From the NCBI RefSeq assembly GCF_964204645.1, contig NC_134035.1, forward strand, positions 11,316,451 to 11,380,450: DNA of 64,000 nt. Reading direction: 5' to 3'. Below the pieces are notes generated by a model, which saw only the letters and a list, made by a program, of their open reading frames with translations, did not search any database and was not told the origin of the DNA. Origin of the DNA: Tubulanus polymorphus (taxonomy: Eukaryota; Animalia; Nemertea). The position numbers were made by a program, and so were the translations under genes. Position 1 is the stretch's first letter. Every line of letters begins with the position of its first letter. Below are positions 56,901 through 64,000 of the stretch, one piece after another.

Positions 56901-57756
56901 TTGTAAAATATGATAAAATTTATAAACAGTTCATTTCTATAGCGGCCGGGTCTGTTATGGTGAAATTGATCAAGATTTAAAAAAAAGTAATGTATAGGGT
57001 AGATAGGCGGCCGGCCGGGTCAACCTTTAAGGTCAGCAGAGCGGAGAAACAAGGTATCAATTTTTTTTTAGCCTAATGCCATCTTTTTAATGCCACTGCT
57101 TTCTTAGTGCATACATTTTTAACACAGAACGAACTTGTAAGATTATCTTTACAAAACATTGATGCCTTCTACAAGTTTCACAAGGTCCCACTGGATCCAC
57201 CCCTGGGGAACATCTACATTGTCTGGAATTCAGACTTTATCTAGACGGGGAGGGTAAACGCCCAGCCTTCTCGAAATAGATGCTACTTGATGTACATTTG
57301 TATCAAATCAATACCTTTAAGACCTCTGCAACTAATTCACCTCCGTGCCTCGTCGAATTTGCATCTACCTACAAGAAAATACGGAAGATTTAAAAAAGTG
57401 TGGCATATTTCAATGCTGACAACTCGTTCTGATTGTGTCTAGACACTGGATCAACAGATCATCGTATTACAGTACCTACAACTCTGACGAACACCTGTGT
57501 CCAAAAAAAATAAAAATTTCTGAATTGTATTTTTCAACACAACACAGAGGTGACACAGTCACCACAACAGCACAGTGTGTTGTAGAACCACTTCACTCCA
57601 TTCGTTTTATGATTATAAGATAATACTAACCTTGTGTCGCCATTGATAAGTGAGACCCAGTAGTTTCAGTGCAGCTAATAGACCGATTGTGCTCGCCCCA
57701 ATTAATACAGATGGGGCGTAAATCTTTAAAAGCTGACAAATATTTTCCAAGTCCAT
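50947..57756 (-). CDS. ILVBL: 2-hydroxyacyl-CoA lyase 2 / acetolactate synthase-like protein (630 aa, 15 exons)
   Basis: Exons 57631-57756, 57315-57368, 56585-56689, 56022-56100, 55203-55433, 54842-54956, 54653-54753, 54145-54254, 53730-53853, 53521-53615, 52740-52894, 52276-52413, 51804-51978, 51624-51722, 50947-51132 sum to 1893 nt, all GT-AG. N-terminal membrane anchor, [44 protein letters not shown] motif GDG...GND, C-terminal [14 protein letters not shown] at 50435-50440. Confidence 0.95.
55550..55725. mobile_element. Tc1/mariner-pogo-like MITE with TA duplication (related copy 58110-58299)
   Basis: TA|CAGTCAACCCCCGATATACC...GGTATATAAGGGGTTATATG|TA. Confidence 0.65.
56853..57073. mobile_element. 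PIF/Harbinger-like MITE with TAA duplication
   Basis: TAA|GGCTAAACAAAAATGATACCTTGTTTCTCCGC...GCGGAGAAACAAGGTATCAATTTTTTTTTTAGCC|TAA. Confidence 0.8.
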
Positions 57757-58559
57757 TTCGTTGAGCTGTCAAGAGACTTCGACCGACCGTGCTGATCATG
57801 TGACCCGACATGTGCATGTATGTCACATGTACGTGTGGCGTGATAGTAGGTTCGAATCCATGATTTTTGAAATATTTTCGAAATTTTTTATCGGGCTCTC
57901 AATTCTCAATTTATTTCAAAAGGCAGCATTTCTCTAAGTCATGTTTTTCTATCTAAAAATCAGGCGGGCTGTTGTTCTGTATCAGCTTTTTGAGATATCG
58001 ATTTTGTGTAATCTATGGACTTAACAGGGACGAAAATTTTGTAAATCTTAACTTGCAAATCCATGCCTTCCACAACAAAGAGATCCTTCTAAAACTCATT
58101 CATTTAATACAGTCAAACCCACTTCAATCAGATCAGTTTCAATCTTGACTGGTCTCAAGTCAAATCGAAGTCATGACGAGCAACTGGCCACAGGATAATG
58201 TTTATGGTCCACCTAAGCATAATGTATGTAAAATACAATGTTTAATCAGGATTTCTCATATAAACTTGATATATCGATCCGAATTAAGGGGGTCGACTGC
58301 AGTTCCAAGGATCAAACGAGATGGCTTACTAAATATAACCATGAGAGATAGAACACAAAGATTGCTGTTACTGCAACTACATTTTATTCGATTATTTACA
58401 AAACGAAACATGATTCCAAATGGATGTCCACATGTAAAACATCATTTAAACATAATGGTAGAATATGAATCTAGATGAACAAATAATAATATATTTAAAT
58501 CTTAGAAAACAATTATACAGGTTACGAAAGGCGAATGAACTATTCTCCTCCGGATACGC

Positions 58560-61500
58560 TTATAGTCCGAAATGCTTGTTAATGGAATCAATGAGATCGG
58601 CCTTTTTCGTTCCTTTCATTTTAATCTTCATTTGACCGATGCAAGCCTTCAGAACCGGTACGGTTAATTTATTCAACTGAAAAAGACGAAAAATTTACAA
58701 ACATTGCATTCAGATTTGTTAAGCGAGGGTCATCTGAAACCTTGAGGTTAACATTCCTATGATATAATACATTAGATTTTTCATAGATCTTTCACACCCG
58801 ATCATTCACAAGACTTGCTGAGTGACTTATTTTTGAAACTTCTCAAGGCAACCTGGACTGTTAGAAGGCAATTGGATTTGAACCTTAGACAGAAAAATTT
58901 ACTGATTTAAGAATCAGGGAAATAGGTTTTTCCATAGTAAATTCACTGAATTAAGTAAGAAGGAGTCTACTGTATGTCTATTACGTTCTATACCTGTCCA
59001 GCCTTCGCTTCTTTTTCGATATCAATATCGACCTCGTCTCCGTCGTTCTTAGTTCGTTTGGCCGCGTTTCCCGTCGCAGGCGCTTTACGTTTCGCGGCCG
59101 ATTTACCGTCTTTGTAACCGTCCGGAAACACGAGGTCTTCGAATTCTTTGATGACTTTGCCGGCGCGTTTCATCATTTGCTCGTGATTAGGAACTGAAGT
59201 ATATAAACAATAATCAACCAAATATACTTCACAAAATCTGTTGCCTCATCATTTAATCTTCGTAATGTCAAACACCTCCCATAACGCTTCACATATTTTC
59301 TATCTGAATGAATGAAATGCAATATTCTTTTGATGTAGAACGATGTAGAACGATAACCACACTCAAACGTGGTGAACGGATAATAACCTGACGATGATCT
59401 CTAGGGTGAGATCGAAACGTTGTGTATTCTATATATTTTAGATTGAATAAATAAATTCTTGTTTTTAAATTCTTTTAATCTGTAGATAGTGGGTTTTTAT
59501 CTTATTTTTTGATGTAATTCAATCTTCATGGGCCAGTTACACGGTCTTGGCTAAGATGCCACTTTGATTTGACACTGTCCATTCCCCGACATGCACATTG
59601 TTTTCCATGACTGGATCTGCTAAAAATCCAATCAATGAACATAGTCAAATATGTAAAACATAGACAGAAACTGTTTGATTATATGTGCGATCTCAACAAA
59701 TTTCCCTGACTTTTCCCTGATTTTTAGCTTTTTTACAAAATTCCCCGACTATTCCCAGACTGAAAAACAATTTCCCTGATTTCCAGGTGAGCGACCGTGA
59801 AACAGTTCATACTGACTCGTAAGATCATCAGTTGGCTCCGGTTCATCGCGTTCCAAAGCTAACGCTTCCAAATTCGCGTAGTATTTCTGTAACGCCGGAT
59901 TCTCGAATTCGTCGCTCGAGAATTTGAACGATAATTTCTTGATGACATCTTTCGCTTTCTCAATCTGTTCCGTATTCGCTGCAAAATATCGATTATCACC
60001 ATAAAATATCGCGATACAGCGAAATGATATATAGGGATCATTCATTTATTACGTACGCATAAAATTTGAATTTTTCAACCCCCCCTCCCCCTCTGTACTC
60101 CAAATCGGCCATTTTTTCATATACATTAAGCATTACAGTACGCAATTGCACTGACCCCTCCCTTGATGCGTACGTAATAAATGAATGACCCCATAGCATA
60201 ATATCCATGAAAGCTTCCCGAGAACTGGCTGTACGAATGTGGTATAGGTATGTACTACACGCACCTCGAGGCATTTCCTCAAATTTCAACGTGCGAAGAT
60301 CGTCGGCGAATGGAAGAAATATGACGTGGAATCCCGGTGGAGTGATTTGAACGCGCTGATCGTCGAGCTCTTCGGCTTGCGGTAACAACGCGACGAATTT
60401 CGGCGGCGTATTCTTTCGCGGCGTGTACAGACAAATCGCGATGACATTTTTCTCCAACGTCTTTTGCAGCAGTGCCGAGAACATCGTCGTACTGCCCTTA
60501 ATTACCTGAGAAATGTAAATACAGTTGTATGCGCTTACTTTATTCAGCAATGTCGGGAAAGTGAATATATTTCACTAGTTTAACTGGACAAAGTTTAAGC
60601 CGGGCGTAGGTTGGCTTTGGGACTGCTTGTGCGACACCTTCATCGCTACCGGTTCAGGGTGGACCTACCTAGTGTGCTAGAAATCAAACAATCACTTCCT
60701 TGACCAAAACTTAGTTGGCAGCATTAGTTTATTTCAGTAAAAGAGGTTTGAACAAAATTTCTATGAAACCATATTTCGAATAATAATTACTCCGATTTAT
60801 ACATACCGTTTCTTCTGGGTAAATGAACTGAGCTGGTTTCACGTGGTGGTGTCTTTTGAGGTAACTGTGTGGTTTGAATCCGAGCAAGGTTATTCCTAAA
60901 ATACAGAATTCGTAGTCGTTTGATAGTTCTACGCGCACCAGAGAGTTATACCCGTACTGTAAGAAAATTGATACACACCAGGGGCGAGTTGCCCAAAAGT
61001 TACTCAAAACCAACTTTGAGCAACTGCAGCCCCTGCACTCTCCTTGCCATGGAGCCAATTGCCTCGAATTAATGCATTCACCAGATAAAAAATTTGAGTT
61101 TTTACAACAATTCATGCGATCATGACCCATGCCTGCTTCAACTGCCCACGAATTTCCTTGGCCAGACAAAATCTATCTGTGCTGTGAGACTCGAGGCAAA
61201 TGTAGTCTGCTGTATTGAATGGTAAACTGACAGTGCGTAAGAATTCCGTTTCAAGAATTTGACGCATCAATTGTGGGATTTTCATTGTAACTGACAGAAA
61301 TGAACACTTAAAGTCTGATATTATTGAACTGAAATCAAGTGCGGCTGGTGATAAATCTCTGACGTCGATTTTTACCCGTTTTTCCGAATGTTTTAATTTC
61401 GTTGATTTCGTTTTTTTCGAAGCAGATCTTCTTCCCGCCGTATGTGGCAGCCTTTTTCAAATCTTGCGGCATCAAAATTTCGCAGGTTTCCTATTTCAGA

Positions 61501-64000
61501 AATACAAACATACCAGAAGTCATTTTATCGTGAAGCATAATTTCAAAGCATAACAATATTTTTGATTACGGAATACATTGCCCATTTACAAATTCCCTGG
61601 GGTCAGTCGCTCAAAAGATGGTTAAAGATAACCTGCGGATAAATACCATAGTACCAATGAACTTTTACTCGTCACTATGCCAACTATTATATCCACTGGT
61701 TACCTCTAACCAACTTTTGAGCTACTGGCCCCTGAGTTTTCCATGCTATAACACAAAATCGAGCTAGTACGAGAAATATTGTGGTTTAAAATGTTAAATG
61801 TGCAATAATGAGTCACTGTGACTTGAGTGCTCTTAATAAACAATTAATTTATCGAAATGACTACAGCAAAATCGACATCACCGTAAAGAAAACAATTATA
61901 ATTTTCACCTTTAAGAAGGTCTTTGAGTTGGTCCTAATTTCCTCGTTCGTACGTTTGTACAATTTGACACCGTACGGTCTTGAACACTGTCTCACGAGAT
62001 TGTAACTGAAAAACGTATAGTGTTAATCGCTAGATATCGGTTTAATAAATCCATCGTGATTTTATCGGATCAAAGCGAGGAATTATTTACATCCCAACCG
62101 CCATATCGACGCCATTGCCGAAGCTGAAGTTCACTTTGCCGGACGTTCGTTTTTTGTGATCTTTAGAGCGCACCCTGGTGAGTAATTCTTCGAATTGTTC
62201 GGCCGGATCGGGTAACGCGGTGATTTCATCGTCGTTGGAAAATAAACAATCCTAGAAGGGATTTACAAACTTCGAGGGTCTTTCATGTAAATCAAGGCAA
62301 ATCAGAGCATGGCATGCAGTTCAGGTATAGTCTAATCAAAAGATTTTAATTGCTAACATCTCAAAATTGAAGGAGTTTTAAAGGAGTTTCTGACATTTTA
62401 CTAAAATTAAAGGAGTTTCAAGCAACCTTAAAAGCATCTTTCCATTTAGAAGGAGTTTTTAAGGAATTAAGGAGTCGTAGGGACCCTGTAAGATGATCAG
62501 GGGATTTACAAAGGATCTTTGAGGGTGCGCCATGTAAATCAAGCCAATACTGCGCATGGCTACGAAATTTCTACAGGCATGAGGCGAGCAACAGATACAG
62601 ATAAAGGAACTGATATTAGAGGGAATCCTTTGACGTAAGAGGGAACATTTTCTGCTGCGCTCCAAGTTTGACTGTCATTATTTTCGTCTGTTTTTGATTC
62701 TAACCTTGTAAAACGCAGTGACGTCGAACGTTTGTCCCGGTTTTTGCATGTGCATCAGATCGAGTTGAATTCCGGTCTCGTAGAGATCTTTAGCTTTTCG
62801 GATTGCTTGGTTTCGTAGCGAATTATTCTCGGAATGCGGATTATCGTTGTTCGTGAACAACATCACTCGTTTATATCCGAGCTTGTGCGAACTGGAAAAT
62901 AGAATATCGTACATCAGTGGTGTAACACCACCAAATACAGGACACTCAGACCCATGATGCCAAATAATCTTTTTTACAGAAATTCGTCTGAATACTGAGC
63001 TGAGAAAAAATTTAAAGTCTATCCAACTACAGGTCCGAGGACACGAACCATGCACCTAAATACAATATTTGAAAATCTGGCAATTTCAAAACAGTCAACC
63101 TAGCTAATGATCTCAGAGCTGCGACGATCATTTCGTCGACAACTTGAACTTGTTGGCAAATTGAACTGGAGACCGATTACGTAATGTGACAACTAATTGG
63201 AGTTCGACTGTCTTTCAGCTTTTGATGAAGCATAAGATATCATGATACCTGTAAGGGGCCATTCAATAAATACATGACGTGTGCATAAGTATCCACGCGG
63301 AGGGGGACAGGTAGTTGTCTGAAAATCAGCTGATAAGATCTCTTCTCTTCTCAGAATGTACCTTTTGAACTAACTAAATTTTGAACTATACAAAAAAATT
63401 GATTACCAGTTAGAGAACAAATTCGAACAAGTCCATAAAGCGTCGCTCAATGAAAATCCAGCGTTATGACCGTACTCTTTCTTGAAATCTTCAGGTTGAT
63501 CTATGAAATATAACGGTTACGCATTAAAGATTGATAATCTTTTTGTGTCACCTAAAGATTTAGTTTTCAATCTATTAATAGGTGGGTTTTAGAATAGCGA
63601 ATACAATAGCAGAGGTCAGATTGATGAATTATCGAATTATCGATTACTGGAATCATCGAGTGCAGCTGTTCTAGTAAAATGTGAATTCTATTTGACTCAC
63701 AGCTCATAATTTCCTCGAGTTGAAGAACTCTTTCAGCGCTGGGTTGATTAAGGTCCTAAGAAAACAATAGATAGCGATTCTTAGATATACAGTGAAATTG
63801 CGTAAGTCATTTTATTCGGGACGATCAGCGTGTCAATAACTTTCACTATGTAAATTGAATTTCTATTACAAATTAGGACTCAAAAGAGATGACTTCAGCA
63901 ATGTGACTTACAATGACCACTTACCGGTAACTGAATTTGACTGTAATATTGTACACTACAAATTCGTTATGATATTTACCTGCAGAATGTAAATGTGCTT
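58560..64000 (-). CDS. XRCC6: Ku70 (X-ray repair cross-complementing protein 6), 5'-truncated by the window end
   Basis: Exons 63980->64000, 63701-63755, 63407-63500, 62705-62891, 62091-62251, 61909-62005, 61376-61490, 60807-60895, 60265-60505, 59817-59978, 58994-59193, 58560-58676. Motifs [48 protein letters not shown], and a C-terminal SAP domain ([10 protein letters not shown]...KKADLIDSI). AATAAA at 58383-58388. Confidence 0.96.
59382..59428 (+). ncRNA. Minimal type I hammerhead ribozyme motif (Penelope-type), antisense within a Ku70 intron
   Basis: CUGACGA (59388-59394), perfect 6-bp stem II GAUCUC/GAGAUC, GAAA (59414-59417), ACGU stem III, GUU triplet (59419-59421), AATAAA shortly downstream. 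Confidence 0.72.
60034..60192. mobile_element. PIF/Harbinger-like MITE with ATA duplication
   Basis: ATA|GGGATCATTCATTTATTACGTACGCAT...ATGCGTACGTAATAAATGAATGACCCC|ATA. Confidence 0.8.
61600..61731. mobile_element. GGGCC-ended MITE with CTG flanks
   Basis: CTG|GGGTCAGTCGCTCAAAAGATGGTTA...TAACCAACTTTTGAGCTACTGGCCC|CTG; relative at ~25438-25538. Confidence 0.7.

Noticed and set aside
57626-57826. ORF-track frame ending MATQG as ILVBL exon 1
   Set aside because: Wrong phase for the next exon; the frame from ATG 57756 gives the TM anchor and ...WRHK|VD continuity.

Overview
AT-rich, intron-rich eukaryotic DNA from an invertebrate animal; no prokaryotic features. Hand-spliced gene models: first coding exon of an ephrin (12100-12206, -; its intron covers the start of the window), ARF6 (175 aa, 4 coding exons, first coding intron U12-type), a heterotrimeric G-protein gamma subunit (66 aa, CSIL CaaX box, absent from the ORF track), an intronless class A GPCR, a GT31 beta-1,3-galactosyltransferase-like gene (+), ILVBL/HACL2 (15 exons, 630 aa) and the 3' part of Ku70/XRCC6 (5' end outside the window). 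Introns and UTRs carry many short non-autonomous DNA transposons, Penelope-type minimal hammerhead ribozyme motifs and a 1.1 kb compound microsatellite. The most unusual part is a ~12 kb locus (37.3-49.3 kb) with no credible ORF. It has a ~170 bp-arm hairpin whose mismatches are strongly biased to G-U wobble pairs on the + strand, spliced-looking non-coding exons, a segmental duplication with ~5.1 kb offset, and two separately amplified tandem arrays that share a 21-bp core. It is a candidate hairpin-RNA/small-RNA precursor system. All models were read by eye and need RNA-seq or homology confirmation.
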